A stretch of DNA of 58,892 nucleotides, counting the filler. It is 3 parts of 3 records of this genome, joined end to end, with 100 filler letters (N's around TTAATTAATTAA, not from the genome) between each part and the next. Parts side by side here need not be neighbours in the genome. Positions count along the whole stretch, not along the records: positions 27,414 to 58,892 come from SRR20825006_508; 2 more parts are not named here. The stretch is one strand, 5' to 3'. Positions 39,619-48,980 of the stretch are shown in pieces. The notes under the pieces were generated by a model. The model saw nothing but the letters and a program-made list of their open reading frames with translations, had not been told where the DNA came from and ran no database searches. Every line of letters starts with the position of its first letter. The first letter of the stretch is position 1. The translations under genes and the position numbers were made by a program.

Positions 39619-41835
39619 TTATACGCTACCAGTGTGACTGCTATTCAACAGGATCGCTGCATGATCCGGGGGAGTTTTTACAAGGACTTTACCGATATCC
39701 GCTGCTGCAATACTTGCCTTATCAAGCTGTTGCAGTGCCTGTTGGGCATAGTCGCCGGGCAGGCAGAACAGCAGCCCGCCAGCGGTTTGCGGGTCACACA
39801 GGGCGGTGAGCTGTGAGTCATCCACGGGCTCGGATTGCTCGCACTGCATCAGAATCTGGCGATTGGCTTCACTGAGTGTGCTGGCCACGCCCTGGCGAAT
39901 CAGCGAAAGCGTGCCGGGGAGCAGGGGGACGTTGTGGCAGTCCACCGCCAGGGTGACGTCGCTTTGCTGACTAATTTCGTAGAGATGACCCAGTAGCCCA
40001 AAGCCGGTGATATCCGTGCAGGCGCTGACAGGTATGCCCTGCAAGGCTTGCTGAGCCAGCCGGTTGCTGACCAGCAGGTGTTGCAGGGTAGTGTCCAACC
40101 AGGGGCCGTGGAACGCGATGTCGGGGTTGCCTTGTGCCTGCATCAGGGCGGCCAGTTGAACACCGCTACCCAGCGGTTTGGTAAGAATAAGCCGGTCGCC
40201 GGCGCGGGCGCCGCGTTTGTGCCAGAGCTGTGCCGGGTGCGCCTGGCCGTTGACGGTGAACCCCGCGGCCATCTGTGGGCCTTCGATGGTGTGGCCGCCG
40301 ACCAGGGTGCAGCCGGCTGCATTCAGTTCCCGGACGGCTCCGGCCATCATCCGTTGCAGATCTCGGCCCTGCAGCCGTGGGTGATGCCAGGGCAGGGTCA
40401 CGTTGGCCAGGGCTGAGTGAGGCTGCGCATTCATGGCGTACAGGTCGCTGAGGCTATGCAGGGCGGCAATGCGCCCGAACAGGTAAGGCTCATCGATAAA
40501 GGCGGGGAAGTAATCCAGGCTTTGTACCAGCCGCTGCCCGGCGGGCCAGTCAATGATGGCCGCATCATCGGCGGCGTCTACACCGGCTTCGATGCCGCTG
40601 TTCACTATCGGCTGCAGTTGTGCCAGTGCGTCTTGCAGGGCCTCACTGCCGACTTTGGCGCCGCAGCCGGCGCAGTGCAGGGCGTCCGGGTTGGCAGGAG
40701 CGGTGGGCATGGAGGGAAGGTGCTGATCGAACTTGGCCATGAACGCCCGGTCGATGCGGTCTTTCCAGCGCCACACCCAATGGCCTGCCAGTGATCGCTT
40801 GCCGCCCCGGCTGGCAATGGCATCTTTGCCGCCGGCGGATAGCAGCGAGAGGAATCGGGATTGCGGACGATAGGCGGCCAGTGGTTGTCCTTGAATAGCG
40901 GCGCGCAGGTTGTTGGCCAGCGTGCGTGCCTGGCGAACCGCATAGACACCGGCCTTGGGTAAGGGGGTGGGAAAGGCGGCACAGTCACCAGCGGCAAAAA
41001 TACGTGCATCGGAGAGTGTTTGCAGGCTTTCCGTGACGCGTACAAAACCCCGTTCGTCGCAGTCCAGCCCACTGTTGTGTAGCAACGGCAAGCCTCGCAC
41101 GCCGGTGCACCAGAGCACCCACTGGGCCGCCAGTGGCTGGTCGCCCATGCGCAATTGCTGTTGGGCATCGCGGTGCACACGAGTGTCGGTATGCAGGGTG
41201 ACGTGATGGGCGCTCAGCCGCGCGCGCATCTTCTTGCGCACGCTGGCGGAAAAGCCGGGTAGCAAGTCGCCACCGGTAATCAGCTGGATGTCTGCCGGTT
41301 GCTGGCGGTCCTGAAAATGCCTGGCCATGGCCAGCGCCATTTCGGTGCCGCCGGCACCGGCGCCAACCACCGCCAGAGACGCGGTTTGTCCACGGGTGTC
41401 CTGGCAGAGTTGCTGCCAGCGAGCGTAAAAACTGGCCACCGGTTTGACCGGGACGACGCTGGTGTGATCGTTGCCGATGGGGGTGAGGTCCGGCGTGGCG
41501 CCCACATCCAGGCTTAACCAGTCGTAGGCCAATTGGCTGCCATCACTGAGCTGCAGTTGCCGCTGTTGAGGATCGAGTTGTGTGACGCTGGCTTGAATGA
41601 AGCGGCAACCGCTGGCCTGACAGAGCCGGTAAACGTCCACGTGGGTATCCGTCAGATCGTAGTGTCCAGCGATCAGCCCCGGCAGCATGCCGGAATAGGC
41701 GCTCAGGCTATCCGGGGAGACCAGGGTGAGGCGCACGCCGGGAACCGGTTTCATGGCAAGCATGCGCAGTGTCAGCGCATGGCTGTGGCCGGCGCCGACA
41801 AAGACCAGGTCGTATTGAGCGGAAGGACTTATCAC
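39619..41835 (-). CDS. selD: Selenophosphate synthetase fused to an N-terminal FAD-dependent oxidoreductase
   Basis: N-terminal VGAGHSH, YSGMLPG, VVGAGAGG and FAAGDCA motifs. The C-terminal SelD part has HCAGCGAKV, DDAA, SDLYAM, GGHT, LTKPLG, TDITGFGLLGHL and DPQTAGGLL. Confidence 0.93.
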   Translation of the reverse strand: MISPSAQYDLVFVGAGHSHALTLRMLAMKPVPGVRLTLVSPDSLSAYSGMLPGLIAGHYDLTDTHVDVYRLCQASGCRFIQASVTQLDPQQRQLQLSDGSQLAYDWLSLDVGATPDLTPIGNDHTSVVPVKPVASFYARWQQLCQDTRGQTASLAVVGAGAGGTEMALAMARHFQDRQQPADIQLITGGDLLPGFSASVRKKMRARLSAHHVTLHTDTRVHRDAQQQLRMGDQPLAAQWVLWCTGVRGLPLLHNSGLDCDERGFVRVTESLQTLSDARIFAAGDCAAFPTPLPKAGVYAVRQARTLANNLRAAIQGQPLAAYRPQSRFLSLLSAGGKDAIASRGGKRSLAGHWVWRWKDRIDRAFMAKFDQHLPSMPTAPANPDALHCAGCGAKVGSEALQDALAQLQPIVNSGIEAGVDAADDAAIIDWPAGQRLVQSLDYFPAFIDEPYLFGRIAALHSLSDLYAMNAQPHSALANVTLPWHHPRLQGRDLQRMMAGAVRELNAAGCTLVGGHTIEGPQMAAGFTVNGQAHPAQLWHKRGARAGDRLILTKPLGSGVQLAALMQAQGNPDIAFHGPWLDTTLQHLLVSNRLAQQALQGIPVSACTDITGFGLLGHLYEISQQSDVTLAVDCHNVPLLPGTLSLIRQGVASTLSEANRQILMQCEQSEPVDDSQLTALCDPQTAGGLLFCLPGDYAQQALQQLDKASIAAADIGKVLVKTPPDHAAILLNSSHTGSV

Positions 41836-42605
41836 AGTTGCAGGTCGCCTTGCAGATAGCAGCGTGCGGTGCCGCTGAGGGTGACGCGGTCGCCTTTTAG
41901 CTGACAGTGTAATTCACCGCCACGGGCAGAAAACTGGCGAGCATGGAGGTGTGTCTTGCCGAGCTTTTCGGCCCAGTAGGGCACCAGGGTGCAGTGGGCG
42001 GAGCCGGTAACAGGATCCTCCGGGACACCTTTTGTCGGGGCGAAAAAACGACTGACAAAATCACAGTCCTCGCCGGGCGCGGAAATCATGACGGCGAAGG
42101 TATCCAGCGCCGCGATGGCGGTGAAGTCGGGTTGAAAATTGCGTACCTGATCGGCGCTGTCCACGACGATCAGGGTGTCCCGGGCTTGTAGTACCTCGCG
42201 AATGGGCAAATCCAGCGCTAGGGAAAACGGGGTAATGTCAGTGAGCGCGTGGGCTGGCCGTGACGGAAAATCCAGGCTCAGCGTTTGGCCGCTGCGAGTG
42301 ACGAACAAGGGGCCGGAGGCGGTGGAAAAGCGCACCCGTTCACCGGGAAATCCCAGCGCATTGAACACCACCCAGGCGGCGGCCAGTGTGGCGTGGCCGC
42401 ACAGGTCGACTTCCACCTGGGGGGTAAACCAGCGCAACGCATAGCCTTGCTCGTCTGGCACCAGAAAGGCGGTTTCTGACAGATTGTTTTCCAGCGCAAT
42501 ATTCTGCAGCAGGGCATCATCCAGCCAGCGTTCCAGCGGCACCACAGCGGCGGGGTTGCCGCTAAAGAGTGCATCGGTGAAGGCGTCCACTTGGTACAGT
42601 TTCAT
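41832..42605 (-). CDS. PhzF/YddE family isomerase
   Basis: VDAF, GNPAAV, NLSETAF, EVDLCGHATLA and EDPVTGSAHC motifs. Its TGA overlaps the selD GTG start. Confidence 0.9.
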   Translation of the reverse strand: MKLYQVDAFTDALFSGNPAAVVPLERWLDDALLQNIALENNLSETAFLVPDEQGYALRWFTPQVEVDLCGHATLAAAWVVFNALGFPGERVRFSTASGPLFVTRSGQTLSLDFPSRPAHALTDITPFSLALDLPIREVLQARDTLIVVDSADQVRNFQPDFTAIAALDTFAVMISAPGEDCDFVSRFFAPTKGVPEDPVTGSAHCTLVPYWAEKLGKTHLHARQFSARGGELHCQLKGDRVTLSGTARCYLQGDLQL

Positions 42606-42652
42606 AGAGCGACTCGTGTCTGCGTATTCTTGCGATGGACTGACTGTGGTGT

Positions 42653-44158
42653 TCAGGCGCTTGTTGGCACGCCGTGGCCAGGGTGTAGTCTCAGGCGCCG
42701 TCGCAGTGTACGCGACAGGGCATCGACCCCCAGATTGAGCAACACCGTGGCCAGGATCAACAGGGCGGTTCGGTCAAAGCGGAATTCCGCCACGCTGGAA
42801 TCAATATAGAAACCCAGGGTGTGGATGCCAAGAATACCCAGCACGGCGGTTTCGCGCATGATCACTTCCCAGCGATAGAGCAGGAAGGCCAGCAGGTTGG
42901 GGCTGATGCGTGGCAACACCTCGTAGGCGTAGCGGTTGATCCCGGTCGGGGCGTCCGCTCGCAGACGCAGGGTTTCACTGAAGCGGCCGGTCAGGTGGGC
43001 GACGATGGCGCCAGTATGCAGGGCAAGCGCAAAAATGCCGGGCAACATGGAAGGCCCGAGCAGGATCAGGAAAAAGAAGGCGAGAAAAAACTCCGGTGTG
43101 GTGCGTAGCACCACCAGCAGGCCATGGCCCAGCGTACGGCTGGCCCGGTTACCGAATAACGGTGAGGTAAGGGGAAACAATACCAGCGCCAGTACGCCGG
43201 TGAGCAGTAGCGCGGCCAGCCCCAGTACGCTGGTTTGCCACAGGCCGGGCCACAGCTGTTGCTGCCAGAGCATGGCGAACCATTGCCACAGTTCCAGCAG
43301 GCCACCGCCGTGGCGCAGGGGAACGGGCACCAGATCGACCGTGATAAACCGTACCAGGGTGGACAGGTTGCCGGTAAAAACCGGTGGCGCCCACACCACG
43401 GCGGCGATCAAATACAAGGGAATCAATGTCGGGCGAAGCCACCAGCGCAGGGTGAAAATCAGCGCAAAAAACAGGTACAGCAAAGCTGCGCCCTGATCGT
43501 AGACCCCTTCACGAAAAGCGGTTTCCAGATGAAAGCCCAGAGTGGGCAAACCGATAAAGCCGAGAATGGCGGAGGCGCGCAGGGCGCATTCCAGCCGGTA
43601 GCTGCCGTAGGCTTTAAAGGCCTGCCAGACCAGCGGCAGGCGGGCGAAGAAAAAGCGGCTGACGGCGGAGGTGCTGGCGGGCAGTGCATGGGAAGGAGCC
43701 GGGTCTGATTCTTCGAGAAACTCGCCGAACACCTTGGCAAAGATGCCCGCATAGGGAATGGCGATGGCCAGCACCCCGGTGAGGGTGCTCAGGCCGGCCA
43801 CTTGTAGCAGCAGCAAGCCCCAGAACAGTTCATGGACGGCGCGGATACTGGCGGCGAAACTGCGTACCGCCCGTGACGACCAGCAGATTGCCATGAGAAA
43901 CCCGAACAGGGCGGCCAGTGCAGTGCCCTGCCAGGCAAAAGCCAGGGTATTGGCTAATGCCTGGCCAAGCTGTTCGGTGGCCAAAAAATCCGGGGTCATA
44001 AACCCCTTGGCCATGCGCAGCAGTTCCTGGCCGGGGCTGGAACGGGCGATTTCCATATCGGCCAGCAACAGTGCCAGCAGGCCGGCCAGAGCGAGGCCGC
44101 CGGTGGTGCGCCGCCAGCGGCTGGCGGTGGTGTTCAATGGGACGCTGGCAGAATTCAT
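42653..44158 (-). CDS. PhnE-like ABC permease with duplicated TM modules (putative selenium oxyanion uptake)
   Basis: Two permease repeats: RAVHELFW / YRLECALRASAILG and RTTPEFF / YRWEVIMRETAVLG. Confidence 0.85.
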   Translation of the reverse strand: MNSASVPLNTTASRWRRTTGGLALAGLLALLLADMEIARSSPGQELLRMAKGFMTPDFLATEQLGQALANTLAFAWQGTALAALFGFLMAICWSSRAVRSFAASIRAVHELFWGLLLLQVAGLSTLTGVLAIAIPYAGIFAKVFGEFLEESDPAPSHALPASTSAVSRFFFARLPLVWQAFKAYGSYRLECALRASAILGFIGLPTLGFHLETAFREGVYDQGAALLYLFFALIFTLRWWLRPTLIPLYLIAAVVWAPPVFTGNLSTLVRFITVDLVPVPLRHGGGLLELWQWFAMLWQQQLWPGLWQTSVLGLAALLLTGVLALVLFPLTSPLFGNRASRTLGHGLLVVLRTTPEFFLAFFFLILLGPSMLPGIFALALHTGAIVAHLTGRFSETLRLRADAPTGINRYAYEVLPRISPNLLAFLLYRWEVIMRETAVLGILGIHTLGFYIDSSVAEFRFDRTALLILATVLLNLGVDALSRTLRRRLRLHPGHGVPTSA

Positions 44159-44168
44159 GGTGACGCGT

Positions 44169-44831
44169 TCACTGACGCGAATCGTCTTGGTACAACGCAT
44201 CCAGGTCGCCGAGTGACAGCGAGTGGGTGGCGGCGTCGAGTACAACTTTGCCCCGGTTTAAGCCGATAATTCGGTCGCTGCAAGCCAGCGCCAGCGCTCG
44301 GTCGTGCAGAGCGATTACGGCACTGTCATGGCGGGCCAGAGACAGGGTCAGCAAGGCAAGGCCCTGATGTTCGTCCAGGCTGGATACCGGTTCATCGGCG
44401 AGCAGGATCGGGCGTTGGGTATAGAGAGCCCGGCCCAGCGCGGCGCGTTGTGCCTGGCCGCCGGAGAGCTGGTCGATACTGGTGAACAGTTTGTCGTGCA
44501 GAGATAGATCGGTGGCCAAGGCACCAATTTGTTCGCGCTCGTGTCGACTGGGGGCCAGCAGGTTGCGCAGATTGGTAAGGGTGCGGTTGCGCGACAGGGC
44601 CCCCATGTAGATGTTGTGGAACACGCTTAGCATGGGGACCAGGGCGCCCGCCTGGGGGCACCAGGCACAGGCAGCTTCCTGCTGGCGGCGCAGGGCATCG
44701 AGAAGGGTGGACTTGCCGACGCCGGACGGGCCGAGCAGGGCGACTTTTTCGCCGTGCTCGATGGTCAGCGTCAGGTCATCAAAAACAACCTGATCGCCAT
44801 GCCCCAGCCGGGCCTGCTGAAAATGGAACAC
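44169..44831 (-). CDS. PhnC-like ABC ATP-binding subunit
   Basis: GPSGVGKST, LSGGQAQR, LLADEP and ALH motifs. Confidence 0.9.
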   Translation of the reverse strand: MFHFQQARLGHGDQVVFDDLTLTIEHGEKVALLGPSGVGKSTLLDALRRQQEAACAWCPQAGALVPMLSVFHNIYMGALSRNRTLTNLRNLLAPSRHEREQIGALATDLSLHDKLFTSIDQLSGGQAQRAALGRALYTQRPILLADEPVSSLDEHQGLALLTLSLARHDSAVIALHDRALALACSDRIIGLNRGKVVLDAATHSLSLGDLDALYQDDSRQ

Positions 44832-44851
44832 GTCAGCGCTGACCGTGGCCG

Positions 44852-45718
44852 TTAGTCCAACAGGCCAATGGCGCTGGCGGTTTCCTCGATGGGGGCATAG
44901 TCCGCATTGGAAGCGGGTACAAACTTCTCACGGGGGAAGGCTTTTAGCAGCACGGGATCATCGATCGCCAGTAGTACGTCGGTAACGCGTTGGCTAAAGC
45001 CGTCGCCAAAACGATCATTCAGATCGCCACGCACGGTCCAGTGGTAGTCCGGATAGGTGGGGGTTTCCCAGATCACGCTGACCTTGCTGGTGTCGATTTT
45101 GCCTTCCGCCAGCTCGCGCTCCCAAACCTTGAAGTTCACCGCGCCAGTGGCGTAGGCGCCGCTTTGCACCAGTGCAATGGTTCGGCTGTGGTCGCCGGAG
45201 AAACCGACTTTCTCGAACAGGTTGTCCGGGGCTTCGTTGAACGTATCGCGCAGATAGAATTCTGGCATCAGGCGGCCGGAGGTGCTGCCTTTGGAGCCGA
45301 AGGTGAATGACGGCTGTGCAATGAAGTCGTCGCCCAGCGTGTCGACGGGCTCAAGCCCGGTGCTGCTGTTGGCAATGAAATAGGATTTGAACGCGGTGTC
45401 TTCCTGGCCCTGGGCGATGGCCTGGGAACCGGGAACAAGACGTCGGGCCTGTACGCCGGACAGGCCGCCGAACCAAGCCATTTGCACTTCATCGTTGCGG
45501 AAGGCAGTCACTGCGGCAGCGTAGGATTTCACCGGCACGTATTTCACCGGTACGCCAAGCTGTTCTTCCAGATGGGCGGCGATGGTACCGAACCGTTTCA
45601 CCAGCTGGGATTCATCCTGATCCGGAATCGCCGTAAAGGTGAAGGTGTTGGTTTTGGGGTCATTACAGGCAGAGAGCAGCAGGGCAGCAGCCAGTGCAGC
45701 CAGGAATTTCAAACGCAT
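44852..45718 (-). CDS. PhnD-like substrate-binding lipoprotein (putative selenate ABC family)
   Basis: Lipobox LSAC, then TAIPDQD, WFGGLSGVQAR, FGSKGSTSGRLMP and YPDYHW; located between selU and selD. Confidence 0.85.
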   Translation of the reverse strand: MRLKFLAALAAALLLSACNDPKTNTFTFTAIPDQDESQLVKRFGTIAAHLEEQLGVPVKYVPVKSYAAAVTAFRNDEVQMAWFGGLSGVQARRLVPGSQAIAQGQEDTAFKSYFIANSSTGLEPVDTLGDDFIAQPSFTFGSKGSTSGRLMPEFYLRDTFNEAPDNLFEKVGFSGDHSRTIALVQSGAYATGAVNFKVWERELAEGKIDTSKVSVIWETPTYPDYHWTVRGDLNDRFGDGFSQRVTDVLLAIDDPVLLKAFPREKFVPASNADYAPIEETASAIGLLD

Positions 45719-45839
45719 TGTTGTCTCCGTTCAATAGGGAGGCTTACCGAACTTTATGCGGGAAAACGCACGGATACGATTGCGGGTTCGGCCATACGCA
45801 GTCGTGGCAGCAGTATAACGGCTTGCGTGCGGTTTTGCG

Positions 45840-46928
45840 TTAGCGGTTGCTCAGGAAATCGCTGACCTCGGCGCGGGTGCCCTGGAAGACGATGGTGCCT
45901 TCACGGCGCGACAGCATGTAGTCGTACATGGGGTCGTAATAATCGGCGAGCAGGCTGTGAATCCATTCGCGATGCAACTCGGTATCGCCGCAGGCGGTTT
46001 GTACGGCGAGGGCCTCCTGGAGTTGCTGACGAAGCTGTTGATGGCGAATCCCGCCCAGGCGGCGGCGAATGCGATCCATGGCTGCCAGCAGTTCATCGCC
46101 AAGCTGCTTGAGGGCATTCTGCTCACCGAAGTAGCGGGCATATTCCTGTAACGGCCCGATCACGTAATCTTCCAGGGTGATCTGTACGCGGGAGTCCAGG
46201 GATTCCTCAATGACGATGCGTGGCTGTGCCTTGATCTGGTCTTGCAGGGAAAAAGGCAGATGGCAGCGTCCGATCAGCTTGCTTTCGTCTTCCACCAGAA
46301 TGCGGGCAGGCTGGGCGGCACGTTGTTTTATCAGGGCGATGGCCAGGCTGTTTTCAAAATCAATCTGGCTGGGTTGGCCGCCGGGGCGTCGGCCAAAGGA
46401 GGAACCACGGTGGTGGGCCAGGCCTTCCAAGTCGATGGCGTTGGCTTGTTGCTCGATCACCCGTGTCTTCGCGCAACCGGTGCGCCCGCACAATACTTCC
46501 AGTGGCAGGCTGGCGATACAGGCTTCCATTTCATCAATCAAAAAACGCCGCAGGGCCTTGTAACCACCCGTGATCAGTGGTGCATCGATGCCTGCTTCGC
46601 GTAGCCAGGCCTGGGTGGTCTGGCTGCGCAGCCCGCCACGGAAGCAATACAGGTAGCCGTTCGGGTTGGCCTGCCACCACTGCTGCCAGGCCTGCATACG
46701 CTGTTCCCGTTCCTCGCCTCTGACCAGCTTGTTGCCCAGATCAATGGCCGCCTGCTGGCCCTGCTGCTTGTAGCAGATGCCGATCTGGTGACGTTCGTCA
46801 TCGTTGATCAGGGCAATATTGGCCGCACCGGGAAAGGCGCCCTTGGCGAATTCCACGGGGGCGCGCACGTCCAGCAGGGGCGTGTCATTCAGAAACAGGG
46901 AAAGGTAATCACGGGTATCGTCTCGCAT
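45840..46928 (-). CDS. selU: tRNA 2-selenouridine synthase
   Basis: Rhodanese domain (LDVRAPVEF, YCFRGGLRS) plus a P-loop (GRTGCAKT), DLEGLAHHRGSSFG and YYDPMY. Confidence 0.95.
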   Translation of the reverse strand: MRDDTRDYLSLFLNDTPLLDVRAPVEFAKGAFPGAANIALINDDERHQIGICYKQQGQQAAIDLGNKLVRGEEREQRMQAWQQWWQANPNGYLYCFRGGLRSQTTQAWLREAGIDAPLITGGYKALRRFLIDEMEACIASLPLEVLCGRTGCAKTRVIEQQANAIDLEGLAHHRGSSFGRRPGGQPSQIDFENSLAIALIKQRAAQPARILVEDESKLIGRCHLPFSLQDQIKAQPRIVIEESLDSRVQITLEDYVIGPLQEYARYFGEQNALKQLGDELLAAMDRIRRRLGGIRHQQLRQQLQEALAVQTACGDTELHREWIHSLLADYYDPMYDYMLSRREGTIVFQGTRAEVSDFLSNR

Positions 46929-46954
46929 GGGGAGCGAGTTTAGTGCAGTGGCAT

Positions 46955-47111
46955 GCAGCACGCTACAGGCAGCACGCAACAACACGGGCCGACACTGGAA
47001 AGCCTGAAACGTCAGAGGCCGCGACCAGACTGTGGGCGCGGCCTCTGACGTTTCGTCCTGCTCGAAAGCCGGACGTGTTGTTGCGTGCAGCGTGATGCCT
47101 GTCGCGGCTGC
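46955..47111. repeat. Nested long inverted repeat in the selU leader
   Basis: An 18-bp perfect stem (47006-47023 / 47037-47054) sits inside a 15-bp perfect stem (46972-46986 / 47074-47088). Confidence 0.8.
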
Positions 47112-47113
47112 TA

Positions 47114-47983
47114 TTACTCCGCCGGGCGGATCTGGCCGGCCAGGTGGGGTTTGATCCCGTCCTTGGCGAGCAGACGGAAATCGCTGCCGCCGTCGGTCGG
47201 CTTGTTCTCGAACTTCACGGTGGCGGGCACGAACATGGGCAATTTGAACTGCACGTCCACGGTGAACGCGTCTTCCGGCAGCTGGTTCTGCAGTTCGGCC
47301 AGACAGCGGGCCTTGGACCACATACCGTGGGCGATCTGGCGCTTGAAGCCGAACAGCTTGGCGGACAGCGGGTATAGATGAATGGGGTTACGGTCACCGG
47401 AAACGGCGCCGTAGCGACGGCCGATATCCCCCGGCACTTTCCATTCCACCGTGTCGGTAGCCGGTTGCGGCTTGGGTGCGTCTTTCTTCTTGCTGCTGCT
47501 ACCGCCGCCGCTGCGGAAGAAATTCACGGACTCACTTTCCCAGACTCGCTCGCCACCGGTGCTGACACTGGTGAAGATGGAAAATTCGTACCCCTTATCG
47601 ACTTTCTGCAGGTTGCCCAGAAAACACTTCACGTTCAGTTGTTCGCGCTCTGCAATGGGGCGGTACTGGGTAATGCTGTTGCGCACATGCACCAGGCCCA
47701 TGGCGGGGAACGGAAAGCCGTCGGTAAGAATCAGTGCCATATGCAGCGGGAACGCGTGCATGTGCGGATAGGTCACGGGCAGTTTGCCGTCGGCGGCAAA
47801 TCCGCACACCTTCCGGTAGGCGGTCAGATGCTTTTCATCGAGGGAGACGTCATTCAGTCGCAGGCCCACGTCCGGCAAGGTGGGGTTGCTGCCGGGCTTT
47901 ACGGTGGCGCGCAATACGGCCTTGGCGAAGTTGATCACCATGGGCGGTGAATTACGCAGTTCGCGGAATTTGACCTCACTCAT
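47114..47983 (-). CDS. MaoC-family (double hotdog) acyl dehydratase
   Basis: YGAVSGDRNPIHL and IAHGMW motifs. Confidence 0.9.
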   Translation of the reverse strand: MSEVKFRELRNSPPMVINFAKAVLRATVKPGSNPTLPDVGLRLNDVSLDEKHLTAYRKVCGFAADGKLPVTYPHMHAFPLHMALILTDGFPFPAMGLVHVRNSITQYRPIAEREQLNVKCFLGNLQKVDKGYEFSIFTSVSTGGERVWESESVNFFRSGGGSSSKKKDAPKPQPATDTVEWKVPGDIGRRYGAVSGDRNPIHLYPLSAKLFGFKRQIAHGMWSKARCLAELQNQLPEDAFTVDVQFKLPMFVPATVKFENKPTDGGSDFRLLAKDGIKPHLAGQIRPAE

Positions 47984-48144
47984 TACTCAATCCTTTCCCG
48001 TTGATTGCGTTGCAGCGTAGGCAACGGTGGCAATGCAAAAGAGTATAGAACAGGGCGGGCGAGTCGCTATTGGCCGTATAGACAGGCGGTCTGGTGAGTT
48101 AAGCACAGGGGGCGCGGCGCAAGGCCGTAAAGTGTGAAGTGTGT

Positions 48145-48795
48145 TCAGGAGTGACTCTTGTCCGAGCGCCACATGCCTACGCCGAAGTAAATCAGGCGCA
48201 GTTGTTTCTCCGCGGTGATCAGTACTTCTTGCTGGCCGGTCTCATCAATTTCTTCCAGTTCCAGCATTTCCTGTGTCAGCGCGGTGACGTTGTTGACGAC
48301 TAGCCCGGCCATCATTTGCAGGTCTTCAGCATTAATGTGATTGAGGAAGGGGAAGCGCGCCATGTCCATGGCCAGCTCGTTGGTGAACATGCGGATTTCG
48401 CGGCGGATGGCATTGCGCATGGTGGGCGTGCCGCTGGCCAGCTCTTTGGAGACGAACAGAAAATGCGCCCGGTTGTTGCGCACATAGGTGAAGTAGGTCT
48501 CCACGGAGCCACGCAACATGCGCTCGTTGGGCAGTTCCTGCTGACGCACCTGGCGCATCATTTGACGCAGGGTACGGAACGATTCGTCCAGCAGCGTGAG
48601 GCCCAGGGCGCTCATGTCCGGGAAATGACGATAGAAGGCAGTAGGCACCACGCCCGCTTTCTTGGTGACTTCCCGCAGACTAAGGGCGGAAAAGGGCGCC
48701 TTTTTAACCACCAGCTCCAGCGCAGCCGACATCAGGGCTTCCCGGGTTTGGCCCCGTTTGGGCTTGCGAGTTCTGCTGGTGCTTTCCTTGGTCAT
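48145..48795 (-). CDS. fabR: TetR regulator, FabR/DesT type
   Basis: LSLREVTKKAGVVPTAFYRHF HTH; divergent from a desaturase operon. Confidence 0.8.
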   Translation of the reverse strand: MTKESTSRTRKPKRGQTREALMSAALELVVKKAPFSALSLREVTKKAGVVPTAFYRHFPDMSALGLTLLDESFRTLRQMMRQVRQQELPNERMLRGSVETYFTYVRNNRAHFLFVSKELASGTPTMRNAIRREIRMFTNELAMDMARFPFLNHINAEDLQMMAGLVVNNVTALTQEMLELEEIDETGQQEVLITAEKQLRLIYFGVGMWRSDKSHS

Positions 48796-48906
48796 CGGTT
48801 TTTGCCTCCAAAATCAGCTGCTTATTCTCTTCTGTGCGAGCTGGTGATGCAACCAATTCCCCCTGAGCCTTTGTAACACCATGATAAGAAAAGCCTTTAT
48901 TTTTTT

Positions 48907-48964
48907 AGTGAACATGTGTTGACGTTAAGTGGTGTGTTGTGAATAATGCGTACAACTGTTCACT
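48907..48964 (+). promoter_or_regulatory. Two FabR/DesT-type operators overlapping a sigma70 promoter
   Basis: AGTGAACATGTGTTGACG (48907-48924) and TGCGTACAACTGTTCACT (48947-48964). The -35 TTGACG (48919) and -10 AATAAT (48942) are 17 bp apart. Confidence 0.75.
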
Positions 48965-48980
48965 TATAGGGCCTGACCCC

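Noticed and set aside
40650-40680. Possible selenocysteine (UGA) in the SelD active-site motif
   Set aside because: The motif reads HCAGCGAK with Cys codons in an uninterrupted frame. I saw no in-frame UGA readthrough candidate in the cluster.
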